Positions 45,004 through 58,579 of a DNA stretch of 64,000 bases are shown piece by piece (position 1 is the stretch's first letter; each line of letters begins with the position of its first letter). The notes under the pieces are model-generated. The model was not told where the DNA came from and did not search any database. It saw nothing but the letters and a program-made list of their open reading frames with translations. This stretch comes from Eledone cirrhosa. Taxonomy: Eukaryota. The position numbers were made by a program, and so were the translations under genes. The stretch lies in contig OZ024743.1 of assembly GCA_964016885.1 (NCBI GenBank), forward strand, positions 89,218,001 through 89,282,000, read 5' to 3'.

Positions 45004-46038
45004 GTGGAGAAAGAGTGTGTATATGTATACATAAACACACACACACACACACATATATATAGGAAACCTAATAATAGGAATAGCAACCACAAGTGCACCA
45101 AAGCGGAGGGTGCCACCGGAAGTAACCATTACCATGGAAACTACTGTGGTGCCTTAGGAAGAATCAACACACCAAACACTAAAAACAAAAATAGAAGAAG
45201 AAATAATACATTTTTCAACCCTCCTTTCAACCTAAATGTCTCCACCAACATACCTAGGGCTTTCTTCTCACTACTAGATAAAAACTTCCCTCTAGGACAC
45301 AAGTACCACAACCTTTTAAACAAAAACACTATTAAAATCTCATACTCTACGACGCCTAACTTAGCATACCACATAGCTAGCAGCAATAAAAGTAAAATGA
45401 ATTCTTACTTCCAACAAACAAAATCACAACAGGATGCAAACCTTCTAAATACCTCTGTAGCAAGCAACCATAGTAACGGCAGTAACAATAGAAATAACAC
45501 TAGTATAAGAAATAACACCGGGGTTGACAACCCGAATGTCCAAAATCCTATAGCTACCACCCAGACTTCTGCACTGCATTATAACCAGCAGACTAACACA
45601 CAGGATAATTGTAACTGTAGAGCTAATAGAACCTGCCCTTTAGATAAAAAATGCCTAACCAAGGATATCATATACTCATGCACCGTCACAACTAGCAACT
45701 CTTCAGAAACCTATGTAGGCTCCACTTCTAACTGCTTCAAAATCAGATATAATTCGCACATCCACTCGTTCAAAAAGCACAGCCTAGCCAACTCCACCTC
45801 ACTTTCTAGCTACATACACTATCTAAAAACTAAAAATAAACCATACACACTCAAATGGGAAGTGATAGGCAGCGCGACCTCATACAAACCACCTAATAAA
45901 TTTTGTAACCTCTGTATACTAGAGACCCACAATATTATCTTCTCCAACCGTAACCTACTTAACAAAAAATCTGAGGTGTTTGCAACTTGCCAGCACCGCT
46001 TCAGACATTCCTTCCAAAACTTTAAACCCAATATATAG
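45004..46038 (+). mobile_element. Penelope-like element ORF remnant: linker, Cys motif and GIY-YIG endonuclease (no RT)
   Basis: FFNPPFNLNVSTNI; KNTIKISYS; CNCRANRTCPLDKKC (CxCx5Cx5C); DIIY...YVGST..FKIRYNSH; CNLCILE; LLNKKSE..CQHR. The called start lies in microsatellite, so true homology begins near 45180. Confidence 0.88.
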
Positions 46039-47496
46039 CAATGTCGGACTTGAACCAAACACCACATTTAGCATCAAACACCAGGGGCACACCTTATACC
46101 ACATACCCAACACTAACTGATCTAATATAACACAAACAACGACATCCCTCTGGAACCCTTCGCAGGGAGAATACCCATTTATACCTCTACGTCAGGTGTA
46201 ACAACATCCACCCACTTGAACTGCACTACACCACTCCATAGGTAATTTGAGCATGTATTGATTGGTTTGGTAGTGTTATGCGGAGGAAGTGCCTTCCTTA
46301 GACAGATGAAAAACGATTTAATCTAGTAACGCTGTTGAGCAGTAGGACCAGGACGCTGAGCGCAGAGAATGAATGTAATGCAATTGGCGTGCGGGTTGTA
46401 CATATATGGATGATTTGGCGGTCTGAGAGGGGTCGTGAAGACTGCGAATTGACCTCTGGCCGGACCTGGTGATGATTATCTTTCGACATCCAATGTAGCA
46501 AGCGATGACCCAGAACTTACCAGAGATCATTGTGTCTTGAAGTGATTCTGCAATCACCGCGCCTGGTCCTATGAGTAGACTACAACCACAGAGATCATTA
46601 ATTTAGAATCCTCGCTCATCGTCTATAATATTCATTTGTGGCACCCTACGATGGAGGTTAATTCACCATAATAATACGAACACCTTCAGCACAACTTAAT
46701 TAAACTACTCTATAGCTAAAACACTTTATGCTTTAGAAATATTTTGGAAGTTGCGCATAACCATAGAAATTAGGGCCTATATTGAGACACATTTCAATAG
46801 CTAGGTATATAAACCCCGGAGTTACCTCCCCTCATGCATTAACTCCCCTTAGCCACACACACACTTCCGGGTGGTATTCAATGTCGTTCCTCGAAACGTA
46901 ACAGCCTCCTGTATTGAACTAAAGAACATCAGACTATGATTCTCTAACTGGATTGTCAAACGCTCAATATCGAATTGTCGTGGATTATGCGAGGGGCATA
47001 TAATTGAAAAATACACTCCCCTGACCATGAAAATGTCGAAGTACATGAAGTACTTGTCATCCCTTCGCTGTGCATCTCCAATACTTTTAATATTTTTAAT
47101 ATTTTTAATGCTTGCACTATTTTTAATGCTTATATCATTTCTCCACACACAGACTATATCAATCATATAAAGAATCTGCCACCAGATCAACCAACCTAAC
47201 ACTCTTGTTTACCTACCTAAGTGCCTCTACTACACGTATCTCTCTGCCACACTATATAAACAAGACGCACGTGCTTGCCACACATATAACATTTGCACTA
47301 CATAACCGCTTATCTTCATGTTGTATTTTAACCTGTATTTTTGATTTTTTGATTGTACCTTTTAATATGAATGTAATCTCGAAATGTGTTCTGCCACTCT
47401 AAATTCTGTAATGAATGTTGACCCACAATATTTGCATATGTATCGGTATGTCTCTTGGCTGAAAAGGAGGTCATATAACTGTCCATTCATTAATAA

Positions 47497-47549
47497 ATTG
47501 CTCCGAAGAATCCAAACCTCGGTTTGGAGGAAACAGCTGTAAGCACAAT
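47497..47549 (+). ncRNA. Variant hammerhead (CCGAAGA core), probable pLTR of the upstream Penelope-like element
   Basis: tgct-CCGAAGA-a-tccaaacc-tc-ggtttgga-g-GAAA-cagctg-TA-agca. Confidence 0.65.
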
Positions 47550-47626
47550 AATGTTTTGAACAGTTCTTTGATTCTTATATTTCATATATATGTATATATA
47601 TATATATGTATATATATATATACATA

Positions 47627-47751
<125 letters not shown>

Positions 47752-47759
47752 GTATATAT

Positions 47760-48172
47760 ATAAAATATTAAACAAATAATGAACAAACAATTCCTTATAT
47801 TAAACAAAAAAAGTTCACTATTTAACGATCGTTTCTAGGGTATATATGTGCTATAATTGGTATGCATATTTAACAGATCTATGTACAAAATTATACAAAA
47901 TTATACAAATTATCAAGATTAAATATACATACCTAACTCATATATACGCCGTCTTCAGAAATAATGATTATTTCTGAAGACGGCGTATATATGAGTTAGG
48001 TATGTATATTTAATCTTGATAATTTGTATAATTTTGTATAATTTTGTACATAGATCTGTTAAATATGCATACCAATTATAGCACATATATACCCTAGAAA
48101 CGATCGTTAAATAGTGAACTTTTTTTGTTTAATATAAGGAATTGTTTGTTCATTATTTGTTTAATATTTTAT
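47760..48172. repeat. Perfect inverted repeat, 206-bp arms, 1-nt spacer
   Basis: Centre cagaaataat-g-attatttctg at 47966; arms match out to 47760/48172. Confidence 0.92.
47967..48115 (+). ncRNA. Hammerhead with ~115-nt stem-II domain (mirror copy on minus at 47817-47965)
   Basis: attattt-CTGAAGA-cggcgtatatatg...catatatacccta-GAAA-cgatcg-TT-aaatagt. Confidence 0.72.
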
Positions 48173-48311
48173 CTTGACTCTGTATACCGTTTATCTTTCA
48201 CCGAAATTGGATTTTCATTACATCTCTTCTTTCCATGATATCCGGAATACATTGAGTTCTTCATACGGATTGGACACTACCGTAAACTCTTGGTAGATTT
48301 ATCTACATATG

Positions 48312-48345
<34 letters not shown>

Positions 48346-48511
48346 TATATAAATATATATATATATACACACAAATATATAATACATACACATATATATA
48401 TATATACATATACATACACATACACACACACACAGACACACACATATATATATATATACACATACACACACACAAATATATATATATATATATACATACA
48501 CATACACACAC

Positions 48512-48580
<69 letters not shown>

Positions 48581-48595
48581 TATATACATACACAT

Positions 48596-48662
<67 letters not shown>

Positions 48663-48671
48663 TATACACAT

Positions 48672-48728
<57 letters not shown>

Positions 48729-48739
48729 CACATACACAT

Positions 48740-48773
<34 letters not shown>

Positions 48774-48876
48774 GTATATAATAGTTAAAATGGAAAACAC
48801 AAATAACAAAAACAAAGCGAAGAGGCAGTACAAAGTGTTAATATTAGGTTCACGCTTGAGAGTGGGGGTGGGGAAT

Positions 48877-48904
48877 GACGTTTCGGGCATGAGCCCTTTA
48901 TCAG
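48877..48904 (-). ncRNA. Degenerate family-C hammerhead core
   Basis: Minus: CTGATAA-a-gggc-tcat-gccc-GAAA-cg-TC (core G8>A), inside a repeat shared with 42150-42385 and 41140-41232. Confidence 0.4.
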
Positions 48905-49216
48905 GAGAAAAGTGGGCAGGAAAAGAGTTCCGGGGGGGGGGGGGGAGTGGTGGAAAGACATTAAAGGGAGGGAAAGAAGGGCGGAAAAACATTTTTTAGA
49001 GGGTAAAAAAATTAAAATGAAACAAGTGGTGAAACACAAAAATAAAATAATAAAATAATGAACAAAAAATCGGAGACTGGAAGAGAAAAGATTTTGTGAG
49101 AGAGTTTTGGGAAAAGTTAAGAGGTTGGTCACGGCGAATTGAATCAGGGTTGAGCCGGTGATCGAAATCCTACGGGATAAGCCTGGTGAAGGTGGTACTC
49201 CACGTACACACACACA

Positions 49217-49286
<70 letters not shown>

Positions 49287-49391
49287 TGTATATATATGTA
49301 TATATATATATATATATGTATAAAGGCCGACGATGGTTGCCGAACACTGTACGGCGTAATTCGGCGTAATTATAATAAATGTTCGGTAAAC

Positions 49392-49430
<39 letters not shown>

Positions 49431-49762
49431 CATGTATGTATATATATACATAGTACTGTACGTCTGTACACATATATGTATGTACGTATACATACTTATA
49501 TTTAGGTATCAACCGTACTAAGAGTGAGAAATGAAATTTCGTTTCATTCTTTTCCATTTATATATATACTAGAAATAGCCGTTGAAACGGCTTGGGCTCT
49601 GCCGTCGGGGTCATACTTTTTCCTATTTCCCACTCTACTACCCTAAGTATTGAGTACTCTGGTGCGTTATGGTCCATCTGGTTCCTTACCACAATTCCTT
49701 TGTTATATATATATATATATATATATAATATAAGATCAAAAGATGGTTAAAAGAGTTCCAAG

Positions 49763-49833
49763 TATTTTATTATGCGCATTTCAAAAACAAATATCATCAT
49801 GGGAGGATATCTGCGTCCTCATCAGATAAAATA
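49763..49833 (-). ncRNA. Hammerhead family A
   Basis: Minus: tattttat-CTGATGA-ggacgcagatatcc...gatatttgttttt-GAAA-tgcgca-TA-ataaaata. Confidence 0.85.
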
Positions 49834-49964
49834 GGGATACATGATATGAAGCTTACAAAACACTTGTGAATAGTGAAATTTTAAATCAACATATCTAGGA
49901 AGCTCCAACCGTTAAGGTTGTCTTTTTACCGGGTATGTAAATATTTATTTATAAAACAAATCTG

Positions 49965-50030
49965 TATTTTATCTGATGAAAGCGCACCATAATTTGCCTT
50001 GGTGGCCCTTGAAATATGTATAATAAAATA
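49965..50030 (+). ncRNA. Hammerhead family B
   Basis: tattttat-CTGATGA-aagcgcacca...tggtggccctt-GAAA-tatgta-TA-ataaaata. Confidence 0.82.
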
Positions 50031-50189
50031 AATATGGTTTTATAAATATAGTTTCCATTTATTAATATATTGTGTATTTACTCCACTTAGCTGTTGAGTG
50101 CTTTATATCAGTTATAAACATTTTAAAGCTTGTTGAATCCCAACAAATTAAATATAACCTCTGCATATATATATATATATATATATATA

Positions 50190-52049
50190 TTTATTATAAA
50201 CATACAGAATATTTTCGAATATTCTATGTCTATATTCACATATATATCGCTATTTCAGAGCATTTATTCCAATTTCTAATTTCTGCCGGACCGGCAACCG
50301 CTCTTTCAAACCAGTTCCTGTACACAGCTAAGTATTCTATAAGTCTCTAGCTGTGTCATTCTCGATAAAAGCACTGGATATGTAGTCCTGATGATTTCTA
50401 ACAAGAATGAAACGCGTAGATTACTTCCCTTGCTTTTATCGAGAATCTAATTGTAATACGTGACGTATTCTATTCTATAGCGATTAGGTCTTCAAAATGT
50501 TTATTATAAACATACAGAATATTTTCGAATATTCTATGTCTATATTCACATATATATCGCTATTTCAGAGCATTTATTCCAATTTCTAATTTCTGCCGGA
50601 CCGGCAACCGCTCTTTCAAACCAGTTCCTGTACACAGCTAAGTATTCTATAAGTCTCTAGCTGTGTCATTCTCGATAAAAGCACTGGATATGTAGTCCTG
50701 ATGATTTCTAACAAGAATGAAACGCGTAGATTACTTCCCTTGCTTTTATCGAGAATCTAATTGTAATACGTGACGTATTCTATTCTATAGCGATTAGGTC
50801 TTCAAAATGTTTATTATAAACATACAGAATATTTTCGAATATTCTATGTCTATATTCACATATATATCGCTATTTCAGAGCATTTATTCCAATTTCTAAT
50901 TTCTGCCGGACCGGCAACCGCTCTTTCAAACCAGTTCCTGTACACAGCTAAGTATTCTATAAGTCTCTAGCTGTGTCATTCTCGATAAAAGCACTGGATA
51001 TGTAGTCCTGATGATTTCTAACAAGAATGAAACGCGTAGATTACTTCCCTTGCTTTTATCGAGAATCTAATTGTAATACGTGACGTATTCTATTCTATAG
51101 CGATTAGGTCTTCAAAATGTTTATTATAAACATACAGAATATTTTCGAATATTCTATGTCTATATTCACATATATATCGCTATTTCAGAGCATTTATTCC
51201 AATTTCTAATTTCTGCCGGACCGGCAACCGCTCTTTCAAACCAGTTCCTGTACACAGCTAAGTATTCTATAAGTCTCTAGCTGTGTCATTCTCGATAAAA
51301 GCACTGGATATGTAGTCCTGATGATTTCTAACAAGAATGAAACGCGTAGATTACTTCCCTTGCTTTTATCGAGAATCTAATTGTAATACGTGACGTATTC
51401 TATTCTATAGCGATTAGGTCTTCAAAATGTTTATTATAAACATACAGAATATTTTCGAATATTCTATGTCTATATTCACATATATATCGCTATTTCAGAG
51501 CATTTATTCCAATTTCTAATTTCTGCCGGACCGGCAACCGCTCTTTCAAACCAGTTCCTGTACACAGCTAAGTATTCTATAAGTCTCTAGCTGTGTCATT
51601 CTCGATAAAAGCACTGGATATGTAGTCCTGATGATTTCTAACAAGAATGAAACGCGTAGATTACTTCCCTTGCTTTTATCGAGAATCTAATTGTAATACG
51701 TGACGTATTCTATTCTATAGCGATTAGGTCTTCAAAATGTTTATTATAAACATACAGAATATTTTCGAATATTCTATGTCTATATTCACATATATATCGC
51801 TATTTCAGAGCATTTATTCCAATTTCTAATTTCTGCCGGACCGGCAACCGCTCTTTCAAACCAGTTCCTGTACACAGCTAAGTATTCTATAAGTCTCTAG
51901 CTGTGTCATTCTCGATAAAAGCACTGGATATGTAGTCCTGATGATTTCTAACAAGAATGAAACGCGTAGATTACTTCCCTTGCTTTTATCGAGAATCTAA
52001 TTGTAATACGTGACGTATTCTATTCTATAGCGATTAGGTCTTCAAAATG
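50190..52049 (+). mobile_element. Six-copy 310-bp tandem array, one hammerhead ribozyme per unit (non-LTR retrozyme-like)
   Basis: ttattataaacatacag recurs at 50191, 50501, 50811, 51121, 51431 and 51741. Copies appear identical by eye. Flanked by (TA)n. No ORF. Confidence 0.9.
50358..50446 (+). ncRNA. Type-I hammerhead ribozyme, array unit 1 (repeated every 310 nt, five more times)
   Basis: gtagtc-CTGATGA-t-ttct-aaca-agaa-t-GAAA-cgcg-TA-gattac. Stem I is extended by a perfect 16-bp helix attctcgataaaagca/tgcttttatcgagaat beyond an internal loop. Predicted cut after GUA at 50418. Confidence 0.9.
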
Positions 52050-52164
52050 GTTATATATATATATATATATACAATGTTAAGGTATTAAAACATATTTGAA
52101 ATGTATAATAGTCGTGTTTCTCAAACAATATATGACCCTATCTCTCTAAATATATCTTTTGAAT

Positions 52165-52233
<69 letters not shown>

Positions 52234-52882
52234 ACAAAATAATCCCAATGTATTGAATCTAACGGCGCAATTTTACGACCAGAACACAGTTTAGAGGTAT
52301 TCAAATTTATTATTTGTAATTCTGGCATAAGGTTAGCAAATTTGGGAGTTATACATAATTGTTTAAATCAACACCAGCATTTGAAGGGAACTTTATTTTA
52401 TCGACCTTTGAAGGACGAAAGGTTAAGTAGATCTTGGTGGGATTTGAACTTAGAATGTAAAGAGCCAGAATAGATAACGCAATAGTATTTTATTCGACGT
52501 TCCCCCAATTCTGCCAATCCAACAGTCTCATTAAATATTATTATTAATTTCTAACAAGATCTTTTGGAGAAAGGGGGGAAAGTTGATTATATCAACCTCA
52601 GTACTTAACTGGTACTTTATTTTATCGACCTTGGAAGGATAAAAGACAACGTTAACCTCGGTGGGATTTGAACTCAGAAGATAGAAAGTCGTAACTATTT
52701 ACTGCAAAGCACTTTGTCCGTCGCTCTACCGATTCTGCCAATCAACTGCGCTTCAGAATTAATATTGGAATGAAGATGACGAAAGAAAGCGAAATAGATA
52801 ATTAGATAAAAAGAAAGATAGAGAGAGCGACAGAGAGGGGAGAAAAAAGAAAGGGGAGATAGATAGATAGATAGAGAGAGTG

Positions 52883-52947
<65 letters not shown>

Positions 52948-53044
52948 GGGTTATAGAGATAGATAGATAGAGATACATAAACAAAGATAGAGAGAGAGGA
53001 GAAACAGAGATAGTAAATAGATAGAGATAAATAGACAGAAAGAA

Positions 53045-53087
<43 letters not shown>

Positions 53088-53334
53088 AATGAAAATATAG
53101 AAATTATTGTGAGCAAGAAGCCAACAGTATTTCATAATATATAAGTGACTATAACGTCAACATGGAAAATAATTAACGTAAGATGTGGGAAAATAATTCA
53201 AACTCAATTTAAAAAAATCAAGACAGAGATTTTATCCACAGATTTTGTGAAATCCAGGGAAAAACCAATAGAGCCTTAACTCTGATTAAAATAAAGTTTA
53301 AATACTCATCCTTCAATTTGAAAAAAATACAAAT

Positions 53335-53415
53335 GCTCTATATAGTCTTAAGAAGATTATTTCACGAAACTTTTCTGTGGGGATGGTCACGGTTGTAATC
53401 GTTCATCAGTAGAGC
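53335..53415 (-). ncRNA. Solitary hammerhead candidate with a full hairpin stem III
   Basis: Minus: gctcta-CTGATGA-acga...tcgt-GAAA-taatctt-ctt-aagacta-TA-tagagc. Confidence 0.6.
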
Positions 53416-53704
53416 TCAAACACGATAACCCTAGTGCCACTGCCAAAATATGCCAAAATATGCCAAAAAGGGAATTTAAAAGCAGGCTAGTTCACCTCGT
53501 GCGTAATTATGAAAATAAACACACATGGAGAGACATGGCTGGTGACGTCAGAATGAGACGAATGTCTATTTACAAGAAACAGCAGTAAAAAACATTCCGA
53601 AAAAAACTCTACAAAATGTAGAGTTTATATATAGAAGTGCATCACCCCCCCCCCCCCATAAAAAAATCAACCAATTAATAAAAAAAAATAAAAATAAACA
53701 ATAA

Positions 53705-53932
<228 letters not shown>

Positions 53933-54018
53933 TAAAATCCGACGTTCTTATAAAATAAATTTTGCGTATGTGTATCTATCTATCTATCTATTTATCTATA
54001 TATCTATATATCTATATC

Positions 54019-54092
<74 letters not shown>

Positions 54093-54731
54093 TGTGTGTT
54101 GTATACATGGTGGCTGCCAACTCGTTTTCGAGTACGGCCACTACTTTATATCCATGTAGGAGAACACCTACCGATGTGCTGAACGAGTGTGACTTTTTAG
54201 TCCAGCCAACGACTTGAAAACTCTGGTACAAACACTACACTTGTGACAATTATTGACACATAGTGCTGGGCCGATGGTACCATGTGATGACAAGTGCAGA
54301 GAGATCTCCAGATATAAAGCAATGCCTGTGCCGTGAAGCTTTTATAGTGAGCAAGGCACTGCACAAAGCCAGTCCCACTCTCTTAACCAAGATGTTATTT
54401 ACCAAAAAGAAGAACAAGTCAACATCATTGGATACCATCAGGGTTGCAGGTGTTATATTAGAGTTTTCCTTCTCCTAGAATTCTGCCTTGACAAAGGCTA
54501 AGGGGTCATCTCTCCCAAGATGTATGTTGTATACATACATACATACATACATAATACATACATACATACATACATACATATACACATACATTTACAACGG
54601 GCTTCTGCAGTTTCCGTCAAACAAATTCCTCAAAAAAGCATTGGTTAAACTGAAGATGTTGTAAAATACACTTGCTCAGAATCACGTGGTTGTGAAGTGA
54701 ACCCTTTTACCACACAATCGTGCCTGTATAT

Positions 54732-56387
54732 CAGGGGTTCCTCACCTTTGCGTCATCGCCCACTTTCACATGGACGCCCCCCCCCCCCCCACACCTGTAT
54801 AGTAAATATTCAAAAGCATACAAAAAAATATTTGATAAAAGTTTGTTACTGATTTTTTAATGATGTACTGAAAAAAATTAAACATTTTCATAATTATATA
54901 ATTAAAAAGAATATACACTACGTGTAATTAAATAAACATTCAGCGAGAAATTGTGTTATTACTAAGTGGAGTTCTTGATAATTGTGTCAGGTTTTTTATG
55001 TATTACAGTGGAGAGAACTTCTTCAATATATATGTGGAAGGTGTTTCCTATAGTGTACGTCTTACCAGCCGTGACCACAAGTAATGCAATATTGTACGAC
55101 GCAATCATCCCCTTATCTGTCTATATATCTGTTAGAATGACTTTCGCTGACATATTTTTGTTTTTAACTGTCTATGTTTAATATGCTGGCTAAGATCTGT
55201 ATGTCTGTAACATGTGCTGCCCTAAATAAACATATACATATACGCCAGGTCCGAACACAAAGGAACCAAGCGTAATTGCTTTCTGAAATTCCAAGACTAA
55301 CGTTATACGCTTTTCCAATGAAGTCTTACGTTGTAAGTAATATGATAAAGGACAAAGGTTTTTTCCTCTGGTCAGCATACTTAGAAGGATATTTTAAGTA
55401 CGGAGGCTTCATGGCTTCGTTGCTTAAATATTGGTTGCACATAAGACACATATATAATTGACTGCTCTGAAGAAAAGCGATAAACCCATAAGATAAATAA
55501 TCAATGCTGTATTGATGCCAAATTATCTTAAATGAAGACATTGAGTATTTTAAAAATTGTACAATACACAGAAAATAGTAGGAACGATAACAACATTTTC
55601 GTTCACCAAGTGATATTGTAAATCAGAATTACCTCCTCTCTACCACATCACTAATACATCTCGTGAAAACTGAAAACCACAGAACTGTAACACCGACTTC
55701 CAACCGGTAGAAACAATAGTTTATAACTTTGCCTATTAATCCCTATGGTGAGCAAATGGGGTCCCAGGTGCTGGCCTCCCCGCAGCCCCGGCGGTCTGTT
55801 TTCAGTAATCTACATATACAAGAACACAAAAACGTTGCAATCACTTTGCAATCAATACAATCCAACAACTTCATGTGGCTGACGGTTTAAATGAGCACGA
55901 ACATTAAACTGAACAGATCCCATTATGGGATTCTCATATTTTGGGGCGTTGTCGAGTTTATCCTTAGGTCATTTGTTAATTTTACTGGAAAAGTTGTTCT
56001 TGGTCTTCCTTTGTCTGGTTTATATCCGAAAAAAAAAATCATTTAGTCCGAAGGAAAAACTATTTGAATGTTGACCCCTGTCAAAACTAAAGAAAATACC
56101 AAAATGTTCCTTAATTACGGAGATGTTTATATCTTATCTAGGAATATGGCTCAGTTATTCCCATTTAGTCTCCTGTTGTTCTTTTTTCAAAATACAGATA
56201 TTTTGAATATTTCTTTTGAATACTTTTTCCGGGTAGCATACATTGAAATACTTTCTTAATACTCAAAACCCTATATCAATCACCAAAATATCCAATCCCC
56301 CATCATTTTCTGTTCAGTTGCTCATCGCCCACCCAACAGTTGAAATCGCTCACCGGTGGTCGATATCGTCCAGGGTTGGAAACCTTG
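54732..56387 (-). mobile_element. hAT (Buster/Charlie-type) DNA transposon, internally deleted and decayed
   Basis: Imperfect TIRs caggggttcc / ggaaaccttg. Perfect 8-bp TSD ctgtatat (54724-31, 56388-95). Minus-strand QYSIDYLSYGFI..MCLMCNQYLSNEAMKP resembles the Buster-type N-terminal zinc finger. Confidence 0.85.
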
Positions 56388-56436
56388 CTGTATATGAAAA
56401 GTACTAAAACAACTTGACATTATATGTGCAGGCATG

Positions 56437-56624
56437 GATTGGCGGTGGATTGGCAGTATCGGTAGAGGGTTGGACGCCATGCTTTCCAGCATAGTTATGT
56501 CCCTTTACAATCTGAGTTCAAATCCCGCCGAGGTTGACTTTGCCTTTCATCCTTACGGGGTCGATAAAATAAAGTACCAGTAATGCACTGGGTAATTGCT
56601 GGCCTTGTGCCTAAAGTAGAAACA
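56437..56624 (+). mobile_element. Same SINE family, 18-bp TSD
   Basis: attatatgtgcaggcatg at 56419-36 and 56625-42. Confidence 0.9.
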
Positions 56625-58303
56625 ATTATATGTGCAGGCATGTCTGTGTGGTTAAGATAGCTCTGGGAGTGGTGGCTGCGTTGGTGATGATAGTGGTAGT
56701 GGTATATGGGAGTAGTAGTTGCGGTCATGGCGTCTGTACTGGAATTAAATATCTATGGTAGAGGTGGTGATGGCAGTTTTTAGAGGAAACAGTGGTGATG
56801 ATAGCTGCGGGAGTTGAAGTTGTGATAGTGATGATGATGGTGGTGGTGGTGGTAGTGGAAGTAGTGGTGGAAGTGGTGGAAGTGGTGATAAAGGTAAGTA
56901 TGGGATCGGTAGTGGTGGCTGTGGTGGTGCTAATGGTAGTTGATTTGGCAGTTGTGGAGATGATACATGTGGTACTATGAGATAGTGGTAGTTGATGTGA
57001 AGGAGATAGTGGTTGTGGTAGTGTTAAATGTTGCCAAATTAAAATTCATATTTTGTTTTAGCTAGATATGTTGTGGTTTTTAGCTAGAATTAGCCAAGAA
57101 TGTCACACAATTAGTTTAAAATATAGGCATGGGAAATGTATTAAAAAATAATAATAAAATATTGATTATTTTAAAAAGTAAATATCGTTATTTTAATGAA
57201 AAAGCAACCCAAACATATTTTCTTTGCCTTGCATATGTTGCCATTAGTTGAAGTAGATTGGCCTAGCTCACAAATATATGGACATTCAATGTCTATTTCT
57301 GTCTTGGTATCTATATAAGTTGATATTGTAAAGATTTTGTCAGATTGTTCATAACTACTCCAACATTTATTATGTCATATTAAACAGATTTTATTCATAA
57401 AACAAAACTTGAGAAACTGTTATACCATTACATTTCTTAACCTTCACTTAACATTGGCAGAATCGACAGAAGCTGTGTAATATCTAAGCAACATCCAGCC
57501 CCTAGAATTATAGAATGAACTCTCTTCTACAATGTATAACTTTGATCTCTTTAACTCCACGGTTAACATATATCTTTGCTTAAAGTTGCTACTTTCATTC
57601 ATATTTATATTTTTATCGGTTCCAGGGCAGTGGATTGGCAGAATCGTTAGAGCGTCGGACAATATGCTTTGCGGCATAGAGTTACATCCTTTTACGTTCT
57701 GAGTTCAAACCCTACCTTTCATCATTCCGGCTCTATAAAATAAAATACCTGCCGAACATCGGGGTCGATGTAATCGACATATCCCCTCAGAGTGAAGCCG
57801 GAGAAATGTCTTGGGTGGCTGGTCGATTAAATATATATATACGAAGGATTCCTGCAGTTTCCTTCTACCAAATTTCAGTCACAAGGCATTGGTTAATTCG
57901 AGCTTATAGTAAAATACACTTTCTAAAGTTGAACCTGAAAGTATGTACTTGTAAAGCGAACCCCTTAACTACACAGCCACTACTGCGCCTATAATAAAAT
58001 CTAAGTACTTTGCTCTTAAATCACACTCTAAAAAATAATAAATAAATGAAATCAACTATGTTTAGATTATTAAAAAATAGAAATTTAGAAATGTGACAGC
58101 TTAAAGAAAAACTTAGAAAAGTAAGACTTGAAAGCATCGTATTTTTTAAGTAGATTTCTTGATAAGTATTAAAATATATTTAAAATGATCCATAATAAAA
58201 AAAAAAGACGAAAAAGACATAAAACATTTATTCGCCCCCAATCCATCCAATCTAAAATAAATGAAAATGATATATTTAAAATGATAATATATATATATAT
58301 ATA

Positions 58304-58345
<42 letters not shown>

Positions 58346-58579
58346 GTCAAATCACTCGCATTCTAAAACGAAACGAATGAAAACAAAATGTATTAAAAAC
58401 AAAAAAACGATATATTTAAAATAACATTCATTTAAAGAATGAAATGAGACGATGTATTTAAAGTAACATTTATTTAAAGAGAGAAATAAGACGATATATT
58501 TTAAGTGATATTTTTTAAAAGAGTAAGATGATATATATAAAATGATTTATGTTCATAACAATAAGACAAGTATTGATTA

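Noticed and set aside
46040-47490. Possible SECIS in the Penelope-like 3' region
   Set aside because: No in-frame TGA in the ORF remnant and no convincing SECIS fold by eye.
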